Assembly: GCA_963830085.1 (NCBI GenBank)
Contig: CAWHLF010000013.1
Span: 60,808-124,807 of the forward strand
Source of the DNA: an uncultured Actinomycetes bacterium
Lineage (GTDB): Bacteria; Actinomycetota; Thermoleophilia; Solirubrobacterales; Solirubrobacteraceae
DNA length: 64,000 bases
Reading direction: 5' to 3'
A model generated the notes under the pieces. That model was not told the DNA's origin and made no database searches. It saw only the letters and a program-made list of their open reading frames with translations. Both the position numbers and the translations under genes were made by a program. Shown piece by piece: positions 56,041-64,000 of the stretch (position 1 is its first letter; each line of letters starts with the position of its first letter).

Positions 56041-56943
56041 GTGCGGACCCTCTGCTTCGGCGAGGCCATCGTCGATCTCATCTGCCAGCGCCCCGTCGCC
56101 TCGTTGCAGGAGGCCGACGCGTTCGTGCCCTACGCCGGGGGCGTGACCGCGAACGTCGCGGTCGCGGCGGCGCGGGCGGGCGCCGAGATCACGCTCGCCG
56201 GCGGCGCGGGCGACGACCGCTGGGGCGCCTGGATCACCGACCGGCTCGCAGCCGAGGGCCTCGACCTGCGCTGGTTCGGGCTCGCCGACGGCCCGGCGAC
56301 CGCGCTGGCGTTCGTGACGCTCGACGAGCACGGCGACGCCTCCTACGAGCTCTACGGCGACGGGATCGGCGCGGCGGTCCAGGCGGTGGGCGACGGCCTG
56401 CTCGACGCGGTCGCCCACTGCGACGCGTTCTTCTTCACCTCCAACACGCTCGCGCGGCCGGACGCCGCGAAGCTCACGCTCGCCGCCCGCGACCGCGCGC
56501 TCGAGCTCGCGCGCCCGATCGTCTTCGACGCGAGCCTGCGCCTCGGGCGCTGGGACTCCAACCCGGGCCGCGCCGGCGCCGCGGCCGGCGCGTGCGTGCC
56601 GGGCGCGTTCCTCGTGAAGTGCAACGAGGCCGAGGCGCGCCTCATGACCGGCGAGGACGATCCCGAGGCGGCCGCGCAGTCGCTGCTCGCGGCGGGGGCC
56701 GAGCACGCGATCGTGACGCTCGGCGAGCGCGGGGCGATCCTCCGCGCGAAGGGCATGCGCTTCGACGTCGGCGCGCGGACCGTGCAGGTGCGCAGCACCG
56801 TCGGCGCGGGCGACGTCTTCCTCGGCACGCTGCTCGCGCGGCTCGGGACGACCGACTTCTATCCGGCGGCGCTCGCCGCGGCGCTGCCCGAGGCCGCCGA
56901 GGCGGCCGCCCGCGCGTGCGAGCGATGGGGCGCGCTGGAGTGA
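56041..56943 (+). CDS. PfkB-family carbohydrate kinase
   Basis: GTG 56041 gives VRTLCFGEAIVDLI...GGVTANVAVAAARAG...VRSTVGAGDVFLGTLLA (PfkB signature 2). Confidence 0.8.
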   Translation: MRTLCFGEAIVDLICQRPVASLQEADAFVPYAGGVTANVAVAAARAGAEITLAGGAGDDRWGAWITDRLAAEGLDLRWFGLADGPATALAFVTLDEHGDASYELYGDGIGAAVQAVGDGLLDAVAHCDAFFFTSNTLARPDAAKLTLAARDRALELARPIVFDASLRLGRWDSNPGRAGAAAGACVPGAFLVKCNEAEARLMTGEDDPEAAAQSLLAAGAEHAIVTLGERGAILRAKGMRFDVGARTVQVRSTVGAGDVFLGTLLARLGTTDFYPAALAAALPEAAEAAARACERWGALE

Positions 56944-57728
56944 GCCGCGCCGGCTGGCGGGCGCCGGCCCGCGCGCGCGTGGCCCGGATCCGCGCGCGGC
57001 TGGCGGAGGTCTACGGCGTGCCGGTCCAGGAGCCCCACGGCGACGGGCTCGCCGAGCTCGTCCTCACGGTCCTCTCGCAGTCGACGAACGACCGCAACCG
57101 CGACGTCGCGTACCTGCGCCTGCGCGAGCGCTTCCCGAGCTGGGAGGCCGTCCGCGACGCGCCGGTCGAGGAGATCGAGGAGGCGATCCGCCCGGGCGGG
57201 ATCTCGAAGGTCAAGTCCGTGCGCATCCAGGCGATCCTCGAGGCGATCGGGGACCCGCTCGACCTCTCGTGGATGCGCGACGCGCCGGTGTCCGAGTCGC
57301 AGGCCTACCTCTGCTCGCTGCCGGGCGTCGGGCGCAAGACCGCGGCCTGCGTGCTGCTGTTCGCCTACGGCCTGCGCGACGTCCCGGTCGACACGCACGT
57401 CTCGCGCGTCGGCACGCGGCTCGGGCTCCTGCGGCCGAAGGCGCCGTTCGAGGAGCTGCACGACTCGATGCTCGCGCTGACCCCGCCGGGCGCGGAGCTC
57501 GAGTTCCACGTCAACCTCCTGCGCCACGGCCGGCGCACGTGCCACTCCCAGCGCCCGGCATGCGACGAGTGCGCGCTCGCGCGGATGTGCCCGCGCGGGG
57601 CGAGTTCGCGGCGGGTGGCGACTCCAAACCGCGCGCGGGCGCCGGCGCTCGCGACCGGCATCTCTGAGGAACCGACGGATCGCGGCCGGCAGGGGCGGGG
57701 AGCGGCGGGCGGGAGGGGTGTGGTCTGA
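56940..57728 (+). CDS. nth: endonuclease III-like HhH-GPD DNA glycosylase with a long C-terminal tail
   Basis: GTG 56940 overlaps the kinase stop (GTGA). Sequence: LTVLSQSTND...LPGVGRKTAACVLLFAYG...VPVDTHV. The FeS motif is CHSQRPACDECALARMC. The last codons and the stop lie inside the first 59-nt palindromic unit. Confidence 0.8.
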   Translation: MSRAGWRAPARARVARIRARLAEVYGVPVQEPHGDGLAELVLTVLSQSTNDRNRDVAYLRLRERFPSWEAVRDAPVEEIEEAIRPGGISKVKSVRIQAILEAIGDPLDLSWMRDAPVSESQAYLCSLPGVGRKTAACVLLFAYGLRDVPVDTHVSRVGTRLGLLRPKAPFEELHDSMLALTPPGAELEFHVNLLRHGRRTCHSQRPACDECALARMCPRGASSRRVATPNRARAPALATGISEEPTDRGRQGRGAAGGRGVV

Positions 57729-57826
57729 ACCGGACCATATGCGTCCGGTTGAGACCAAACCCCCCGCGCGGGAGGGGTGTGGCCCAGAACGTCCGCTATG
57801 CCGTCGTTTCCGGCCACACCCCCCGC
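57709..57826. repeat. two tandem 59-nt palindromic units (REP/MITE-like or stacked terminators)
   Basis: Unit 1, 57709-57767: GCGGGAGGGGTGTGGTCTGAACCGGACCATATGCGTCCGGTTGAGACCAAACCCCCCGC. Unit 2, 57768-57826: GCGGGAGGGGTGTGGCCCAGAACGTCCGCTATGCCGTCGTTTCCGGCCACACCCCCCGC. The first 15 nt are identical and the last 13 nt differ at one position. Within each unit the termini are mutually complementary. Confidence 0.7.
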
Positions 57827-57920
57827 TCGGCCATGCCGGCAACCGTCCGTTCGCCCTCAGTGACTGCCGTCAGCGCCGACCCCGCAGCGAGCGCGCCGCG
57901 GCAGACAGCCGATCAGCCGG

Positions 57921-58403
57921 TCAGCCCGAAGCCGAAGCCGGCTCGAGCTCCGCGAGCGCCTTGAGCACCGCGTCGTCATGCGTCTTCGGCGAGGCCTTCG
58001 GGATGACGTGGAGGATGACGCCGTCGCCGCCGATGATGAACGTCGCGCGCTGGGCGCCCCAGTACTTGCGCCCGTACATCGACTTCTCGACCCAGACGCC
58101 GTACTCGTCGCAGACCGCGTGGTCGGCGTCGGCGAGCAGCGTGAAGTTCAGGTCCCTCTTGTCGTGGAAGCGCTTGACCTTGGCGACCGGGTCCGGCGAG
58201 ACGCCGATGACCTTCACGCCCGCGCTGGCGTAGTCGGCCTGGCGATCGCGGACCGAGCAGGCCTGCGTCGTGCACCCCGGCGTGTCGGCCTTCGGGTAGA
58301 AGTAGAGGACGACCGTCCGCCCGCGCAGGGCCGAGAGGCGCATGGGCGCGCCATCCTGGTCGGGCAGCTCGAAGTCTGGGGCGTGGGCACCGGCGCCGAT
58401 CAC
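57921..58403 (-). CDS. bcp: thiol peroxidase / peroxiredoxin Bcp
   Basis: GTG 58403 gives VIGAGAHAPDFELPDQDGAPMRLSALRGRTVVLYFYPKADTPGCTTQAC... The longer track ORF would overlap the divergent gene that starts at 58441. Confidence 0.85.
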   Translation of the reverse strand: MIGAGAHAPDFELPDQDGAPMRLSALRGRTVVLYFYPKADTPGCTTQACSVRDRQADYASAGVKVIGVSPDPVAKVKRFHDKRDLNFTLLADADHAVCDEYGVWVEKSMYGRKYWGAQRATFIIGGDGVILHVIPKASPKTHDDAVLKALAELEPASASG

Positions 58404-58440
58404 GGGGTTGATGTTGCCAGTTCCGTAGCATCGACCGGGT

Positions 58441-60219
58441 ATGACGACGAGCATGGGGCCCACCGAAGAGTCCGCTGACACGACCGCGCAGGACCGCGCG
58501 TGCGAGGCCGCGTCGGCCGCGGCTTCCGCGGCCATCCTCATCTGCTACATGCGGGAGGGCGGCAACTGGCGGCCGATTCCCGCCGCTGACGTGCCCGATC
58601 TCGCCCAGGAGGGCGACACGTTCCTGGCCGCGCTGCCCTTCCCCGACGAGCGCTCGATGCTGCTCGCGGGCGTGCGCTACCTCTCGCCGACGCACCGTCA
58701 CCGCTTCCGGCTGCCGGTGCGGATCGCGATGGCCGGCGGCGAGCCGTGGCCCGTGTCGCTCGACACGCTCTCGGGGATGCTCGCCGACGAGTTCGGCGAG
58801 GACCCCGCGCTCGGCGACGACCCGAGCCCCGCCGGCACCCGCGGCCCCGACCCGACGTTCCTGCTCGCGCGGATGCGCCAGAGCGTCGCCGCGATGAGCT
58901 CGTTCCTGCGCGCCCGCGACGCCGACATCGACGAGCTCTACAGCGCCGAGCCGATGAGCTTCATCGCCAGCGAGCAGGCGTCGCTGCTCGGCGACGCCGC
59001 GCAGCCGTCGGCGAAGAGCCGCTGGGAGCTGACGCCCGAGCACATCGCCGCCTACGCGCCCGAGACGCGCGCGAGCTTCGCGCTGCGCTGGCTGGCGATC
59101 GATCCCGCGCTCGTCGAGCACGACAGCGCCTCGGAGACCGCCGCCGCGCCGCAGCTCGTCGAGCAGCTCCTGCGCGAGGATCCGGCGACCGACGGCGCGG
59201 CGCTCGACGCCGCGCTCGAGGGCCTCGGCGAGCGCGTGCTCATGCCGGTCCACCCGTGGCAGCTCGAGCGCCTGCGCGACGAGCAGCCGTTCGCCAGGCT
59301 CCTCGACGAGGGCCGCATCGCCGACCTCGGCGAGCACGGCAGCCCCGTCACGCCGACGGCGGCGCTGAACACCGTCTACAACGCCGGCTGGGCCTGGCAG
59401 CTGACGTTCCCGCTGACCGCGCACCTCAGCAACGACGCGCAGGCCGCCGGGGCGCGGGAGCTCGAGCGCGGCGTCGTCGCCGCCCGCCAGCTCGCCGGCG
59501 ACATCGGCGGCCAGGCCGCCGAGCTCGCCCCGCAGCTCGTGCTGCTGTCCGACCCCGCGTACCTCTCCGTCGGCCACGACGGTCAGCCGGTCGACGGGCT
59601 CGCCGTCCAGCTGCGCTCCAACCGCTGGCGCAGCGGCTCGGATGCGGCGGACGCCGACGTCAGCTCGGTCGCGACGCTCACCCAGGACCACCCCTACGGC
59701 GGCGCCAGCCGGCTCGCCCGGATCGTCAGCGGCCTCGCCGAGGCCGCCGGCCGCAGCGAGGAGGAGGTCGCGCGCGAGTGGTTCGGCCGCTACCTCGACG
59801 TCGTGACGACGGCGCTCGTCCGGCTGCACCTCGAGGTCGGGCTCGCGCTCGATGCCGACCAGCAGGCGATGCTGCTCGAGCTCGACGGCGGCTGGCCGGC
59901 GCGCGGCGTCCTGCGCGGCGGTCACGGCTACCTCGAGCCGGGCGCCGATGCCGGCGCCGGGGTCGAGGCGCTCGTCCCGCTGGGGATCATCAACGCGCTC
60001 GGCGTCGCCGGGTTCGTCGACGAGCGCGTCCTGCTCGGCGACCTCCGCGACCTGCTCGAGCGCGAGCGCGAGCGCGGCGGCCGCTACCCGACGACGCTCC
60101 TGGACCGGGTCCTCGACGACGCGATGTGGCGCTGCGAGTCGACGCTGGGCCGGGGCCTCGAGCACGCCGACGACGTCTTCGTCGACGTGCCCAATCCGCT
60201 GCACGGGCTCGACCGCTGA
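58441..60219 (+). CDS. IucA/IucC-family (NIS siderophore synthetase-like) protein, divergent
   Basis: 592 aa. It has the PVHPWQ motif and the length and architecture of the family, including a FhuF-like C-terminus. The usual GH..HP..K.R motif reads GDAAQPSAKSR. Confidence 0.65.
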   Translation: MTTSMGPTEESADTTAQDRACEAASAAASAAILICYMREGGNWRPIPAADVPDLAQEGDTFLAALPFPDERSMLLAGVRYLSPTHRHRFRLPVRIAMAGGEPWPVSLDTLSGMLADEFGEDPALGDDPSPAGTRGPDPTFLLARMRQSVAAMSSFLRARDADIDELYSAEPMSFIASEQASLLGDAAQPSAKSRWELTPEHIAAYAPETRASFALRWLAIDPALVEHDSASETAAAPQLVEQLLREDPATDGAALDAALEGLGERVLMPVHPWQLERLRDEQPFARLLDEGRIADLGEHGSPVTPTAALNTVYNAGWAWQLTFPLTAHLSNDAQAAGARELERGVVAARQLAGDIGGQAAELAPQLVLLSDPAYLSVGHDGQPVDGLAVQLRSNRWRSGSDAADADVSSVATLTQDHPYGGASRLARIVSGLAEAAGRSEEEVAREWFGRYLDVVTTALVRLHLEVGLALDADQQAMLLELDGGWPARGVLRGGHGYLEPGADAGAGVEALVPLGIINALGVAGFVDERVLLGDLRDLLERERERGGRYPTTLLDRVLDDAMWRCESTLGRGLEHADDVFVDVPNPLHGLDR

Positions 60220-60229
60220 AGCGGCGGGC

Positions 60230-61078
60230 ATGCCGGAGCTTCCCGAGGTCGAGATCACCGCGCGGCGCCTGGACGCCGCGCTGCGCGGCGCGCGGATCGA
60301 GTCCGCGCTCGCGCCCGGCATCAACGCGCTGAAGACCTTCGACCCGCCGCTGACGGAGCTCGCCGGCAAGGCCATCACCGGCGTCGGCCGGCGCGGCAAG
60401 CAGCTCGTCGTCGAGGTCACCGGCGAGCTCGTGCTGCTCGTCCACCTCATGAGCGCCGGGCGCCTGCAGCTCTACGACAAGCGCGCGGGCCCGCGCGACC
60501 GCACGTCGCGGCTGCTCGTCAGGATCGACGACGGCCGCGAGCTGCGCCTGCGCGAGTTCGGCACGAAGCAGGCGGCGTGGGTCAAGCTCCTGCGCGCGGC
60601 CGAGCTCGACGACGACGAGATGCTCGCGACGCTCGGCCCCGAGGCCTGGCCCGACCCGCCCGAGGACCTGCGGTCGCTGCTGGACGCACCGCGCCCGCTG
60701 CACACGATGCTCCGCGACCAGCGCGTCATCGCCGGCATCGGGCGCTCGTGGGTCGACGAGATCCTCTGGACCGCGCGCCTGTCGCCGTTCAAGCGCGGCG
60801 ACGACCTCACCGACGAGGAGGCCGCGACGCTGCGCGACGCGATCGCCACGGTCCTCGACGGGGCGCTCGAGCACTACGAGCGCGTCGTGACGCTGCCGAT
60901 CCCCGACAAGCTCCCGCTGCCGCTCCAGGTCCATCGCAAGGCCGGCGAGCCGTGCCCGCGCTGCGGCACGCCGATCGAGGCGGTCCACTACGAGGACTAC
61001 GTCATGTGCTACTGCCCGGCCGAGCAGACGGGCGGGAAGGTCCTCAAGGACCGGCGGCTGTCGCGGCTGCTGAAGTGA
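60230..61078 (+). CDS. formamidopyrimidine-DNA glycosylase family protein (Fpg/Nei)
   Basis: MPELPEVE N-terminus, H2TH region and C-terminal zinc finger CPRCGTPIEAVHYEDYVMCYCPAEQ. Confidence 0.85.
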   Translation: MPELPEVEITARRLDAALRGARIESALAPGINALKTFDPPLTELAGKAITGVGRRGKQLVVEVTGELVLLVHLMSAGRLQLYDKRAGPRDRTSRLLVRIDDGRELRLREFGTKQAAWVKLLRAAELDDDEMLATLGPEAWPDPPEDLRSLLDAPRPLHTMLRDQRVIAGIGRSWVDEILWTARLSPFKRGDDLTDEEAATLRDAIATVLDGALEHYERVVTLPIPDKLPLPLQVHRKAGEPCPRCGTPIEAVHYEDYVMCYCPAEQTGGKVLKDRRLSRLLK

Positions 61079-62425
61079 GCCGGCGGCTGGCCATCGTCGG
61101 CGGCGACGCGGCGGGCATGAGCGCCGCGAGCATCGCGCGCCGCCGCGACGACACGCTCGACGTCGTCGCGTTCGAGCGCGGCCCGTACACGTCCTACTCG
61201 GCGTGCGGGATCCCGTACCTCGTCGGCGGCCTCGTCGACGGCGCCGACCGGCTCGTCAGCCGCAGCCCCGACGAGCACCGCTCGCGCGGGATCGACGTGC
61301 GCATCCGCTGCGAGGTCGTCGCGATCGACCTCGGCGCACGCAAGCTGACCGTTCGCGACGCCGCCGGCCGCGAGTCCGAGGAGCCCTTCGACGAGCTCGT
61401 CGTCGCGACCGGCGCCGAGGCCGTCACCCCGCCGATCGAGGGCGCCGACGCGATCGAGCCGGCGCGCACGATCGGGGCCGCCGAGCGGCTGCGGCACGCG
61501 ATCGACCGCAGCGGCGAGCACGCGGCCGCCGTCGTCGTCGGCGCGGGCTACATCGGCCTCGAGATGGCCGAGGCGTTCGCCGATCGCGGCCTGCGGGTCA
61601 CGATGATCGAGGCGTCAGGCCAGGTCATGAGCACGCTCGACGCCGACATGGCCGCGCACGTCCAGGACGCCGCCGAGGGGCACGGCATCCGCGTGCTCGT
61701 CGGCGCCGAGGTCGAGGAGATCGTCCTCGGCGACGACGGCCGGCCGGTCGCGGTGCGCACCGCCGGACGAGACGATCGACGCCGACCACGTCGTCGTCGG
61801 CACCGGCGCGCGGCCGGCCGTCGACATCGCGCGCGAAGCCGGGCTCGAGGTCGGCGACAGCGGCGCGCTGCGCGTCGACGACCATCAGCGCTGCCCCGGC
61901 CACGACGGCGTGTACGCCGCCGGCGACTGCGCCGAGAGCCACCACCGCGTGCTCGACCGCATGGTGAACATCCAGCTCGGCACGCACGCCAACAAGCAGG
62001 GCCGGATCGCGGGCGTCAACGCGACCGGCGGCGACGAGCGCTTCCCGGGCGTCATCGGGACCGCGGTCTCGAAGATCTGCCGCTACGAGGTCGCGCGCAC
62101 GGGCGTCGGCGAGGCCGAGGCGAAGGAGGCCGGACTCGAGGTCGTCAGCGCGACGATCAAGGACCGCACGCGCGCGGGCTACTACCCGGGCGCCGGGCCG
62201 ATCTGGGTCAAGCTCGTCGCCGACGCGCAGAACGGGCGGCTGCTCGGCGGTCAGATCGTCGGCGTCGAGGGCGCGGCCAAGCGCATCGACGTCCTCGCGA
62301 CCGCGATCTGGACGGGGCTGCACGTCGGCGAGCTCGCGCTGCTCGACCTCTCCTACGCGCCGCCGTTCAGCGGCGTCTACGACCCGCTGCTCATCGCCGC
62401 GCGGGCGACGGCGAAGCTCATCTGA
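61075..62425 (+). pseudogene. pyridine-nucleotide-disulfide oxidoreductase (CoA-disulfide reductase / NADH oxidase family), frame-disrupted near 61768
   Basis: GTG 61075 overlaps the upstream stop (GTGA). Sequence: VSRRLAIVGGDAAGMSAA...YTSYSACGIPY...VVVGAGYIGLEMAEAF...VAVRTAG. After a 1-nt shift it continues ETIDADHVVVGTGARPAVD...VYAAGDCAE... (track ORF 61910..62425). Confidence 0.8.
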
Positions 62426-62885
62426 TCCGGTCGATCTCGCGCGGGCGCAGGAGCGCGATGAGCTCCCCGCGGCGCCCGTGCCGGCGGACCGCGGCGATGC
62501 CGCCCTTCTTGAGCTCGATCGTCCCGCCGGTGAGGTCGCCGACGATCTCGACGAAGTCCGGGTTGTGGCCGACGAACAGCACGCGCTTGTCGTCGCCGGC
62601 GGCGTGCGCGAACTCGAGCGCGGCGTCGAGGTCGAAGCCGGACGACAGCGCGTCGTCGACGACCGGCGTGCAGCCGAGCGACTCGCAGGCGAGCTTCGCG
62701 GTGTCGAGCGCGCGCGTGCGCGGGCTCGTGACGACGAGCTGGAAGTTCAGCCCGAGCGCCTGCAGGGCGCGCCCGGCCGCCCGTGACTGCTCCTCGCCGC
62801 GGGCGGTGAGCCGGCGATCGAAGTCCGGGCGGGCGTCGTGCGGCTCGGCCTCGCCGTGACGCAGGAACCACAGCTGCTGTGCCAT
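62418..62885 (-). CDS. sixA: histidine-phosphatase-family protein (SixA-like)
   Basis: ATG 62885 gives MAQQLWFLRHGEAEPH...LTARGEEQS...VTSPRTRALDTA...FVGHNPD. Confidence 0.75.
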   Translation of the reverse strand: MAQQLWFLRHGEAEPHDARPDFDRRLTARGEEQSRAAGRALQALGLNFQLVVTSPRTRALDTAKLACESLGCTPVVDDALSSGFDLDAALEFAHAAGDDKRVLFVGHNPDFVEIVGDLTGGTIELKKGGIAAVRRHGRRGELIALLRPREIDRIR

Positions 62886-62898
62886 GCTGGACTGGAAT

Positions 62899-63533
62899 CT
62901 AGGCCAACTTGCGCCACGGGACGAATGCTGACCCAGCTCTTCGACGAGCGGGCCGAGGCGCTCGGCGCGCGGCGGGCCGAAGAGCGCCTCCATCTCCGCG
63001 CGGCGCAGAAGCTCGATCTCCTCCCACCCGCCGGCGACGCCGAGGCGCCAGTACGGCCTGCGCACGGCGACCGGCAGCCAGTGCGCGAACGGCAGCAGCG
63101 CGTGCGGCTCGACCGGGAACGAGTAGGCGGGCGTCTGGACGTACCACCCGCGCGCGACGCGGCGCAGCTCGCGCGCGAACGCCGGGCGGTCCTCGGGCGC
63201 GACGTGCTCGATGACGCTGCTGCAGTACGCGAGCTCGAACTCGCCGTCTCCGAACGGCAGGCCTTCGAGGACGTCGGCCTGGACGAACGGGCCCGGGTAG
63301 TCGGGGCGCGGGTGCAGGTCCACGCCCGTGATGTCGTGGCCGGGCGCGTGGCGGCGCAGGCCGAGGCGCCCGCAGCCGATATCGAGGATCCGCGTCTGCG
63401 CCGTCGCGCCGGCCAGCGCGAAGAGGCGGTCGTGGCGGCGCTCGCGCGCGCGCCCGCTGGCGGCCGCGGCCGCGCGCGAGCGCAGGCCGGGCTTGGCCGT
63501 CCCATAGACGTTCTCCGGGGCCCACCGCGACAC
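62899..63533 (-). pseudogene. class I SAM-dependent methyltransferase; 3' end frame problem near 62920
   Basis: GTG 63533 gives ...RILDIGCGRLGL...FELAYCSSVIEHV...GWYVQTP... The frame has no stop before it runs into sixA (track ORF 62418..63533). The nearest stop, TAG 62899-62901, is in another frame. Confidence 0.6.
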
Positions 63534-63559
63534 GGCAGCTAGCCTACGACCGCGCCCGC

Positions 63560-64000
63560 ATGAGCGAGATCTACACCCCCGAGAACCTCCTCGACCGGCT
63601 CAGCGATCCGCGGACGCTCGCCGCGCAGTACGAGCGCGGCAAGCGCCGCGAGCGCGAGCTGCTGGACCGCCATCTCGGCCTCGCGGGCGGCGACGCGATC
63701 TCGATCGGCTGCGGCTGGCACCCCGGCCGCCACCTGCTGCCCAAGCCGTCGTGGCGGCTCGTCGCCGCCGACATCGACCCCGCCCGCCCGGCGCACGCGG
63801 TGCACAACGGCGAGGCCGACGAGGGGCTGACCGGCGCCGCGGGCCGCCTCGACATGCTCGCCGACGAGTCCTTCGACGTCGTCCTGCACCGGCTCGTCCT
63901 GCACCACGTCGCCTACGCGGGGCCCTTGGAGCCGTGCCTCGCGGAGGCACGGCGGCTGCTGCGCCCCGGCGGCGCGCTCGTCGCGATCGAGCCGAACGTC
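63560..64000 (+). CDS. class I SAM-dependent methyltransferase, N-terminal part (runs off the right edge)
   Basis: Manual translation from ATG 63560 gives MSEIYTPENLLDRLSDPRTLAAQYERGKRRERELLDRHLGLAGGDAISIGCGWHPGRH...FDVVLHRLVLHHV...LLRPGGALVAIEPNV. It is open to the window end, so it is absent from the ORF track. Confidence 0.6.
   Translation, partial: MSEIYTPENLLDRLSDPRTLAAQYERGKRRERELLDRHLGLAGGDAISIGCGWHPGRHLLPKPSWRLVAADIDPARPAHAVHNGEADEGLTGAAGRLDMLADESFDVVLHRLVLHHVAYAGPLEPCLAEARRLLRPGGALVAIEPNV

Noticed and set aside
57976-60450. 824-aa minus-strand ORF, and similarly 30069..32627 (852 aa)
   Set aside because: Both are antisense to well-supported genes: IucA/IucC-like and Fpg/Nei in the first case, EEP, argF and the phasin-like gene in the second. 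Their translations are nonsense low complexity.

Overview
This is a very GC-rich chromosomal segment (by eye above 70% G+C, with codon position 3 almost always G/C). The gene content looks like a high-GC Gram-positive (Actinomycetota-like) organism, but the taxon cannot be proven from the sequence alone. I found no rRNA, tRNA, CRISPR array, transposase or integrase.

Most of the window is housekeeping:
- a Zn-type ABC importer with a Zur-like regulator and a rhomboid protease;
- a lipoate / 2-oxoacid-dehydrogenase supercluster: lipA, lipB, two E1alpha-E1beta-E2 operons and lpdA;
- thiE divergent from a TPP riboswitch plus thiOSG;
- argF;
- DNA-repair and redox genes: UDG, nth, fpg/nei, bcp and a CoADR-like gene;
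- fadD;
- an inositol-lipid cluster: ino1, a PIP-synthase-like gene, a PAP2_3 gene and two polytopic membrane paralogs.

The less ordinary content is:
1. A five-gene, translationally coupled module at 20.07-22.88 kb. It looks like a secreted glycine-zipper toxin with a membrane immunity protein and chaperone-like partners (EspC/WXG-like, DUF1795-like, EspG-like). No secretion machinery is in the window.
2. Four paralogous collagen-like (GXY) surface-fibre genes at 43.99-49.2 kb, next to a large secreted gingipain-like (C25) protease.
3. A presenilin/SPP-like intramembrane aspartyl protease candidate.
4. A GT4-PHP fusion protein.
5. Two tandem 59-nt palindromic elements at 57.71-57.83 kb.
6. 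Several palindromic operator candidates.

Caveat: about 25 conserved genes are broken by single-nucleotide frame shifts. Each shift is visible because the recognisable protein continues in another frame. I read this as assembly indel noise, so many ORF-track entries are fragments or GC-driven read-through artefacts. Frame-disrupted genes are typed pseudogene 'as sequenced', although most are probably intact in vivo.
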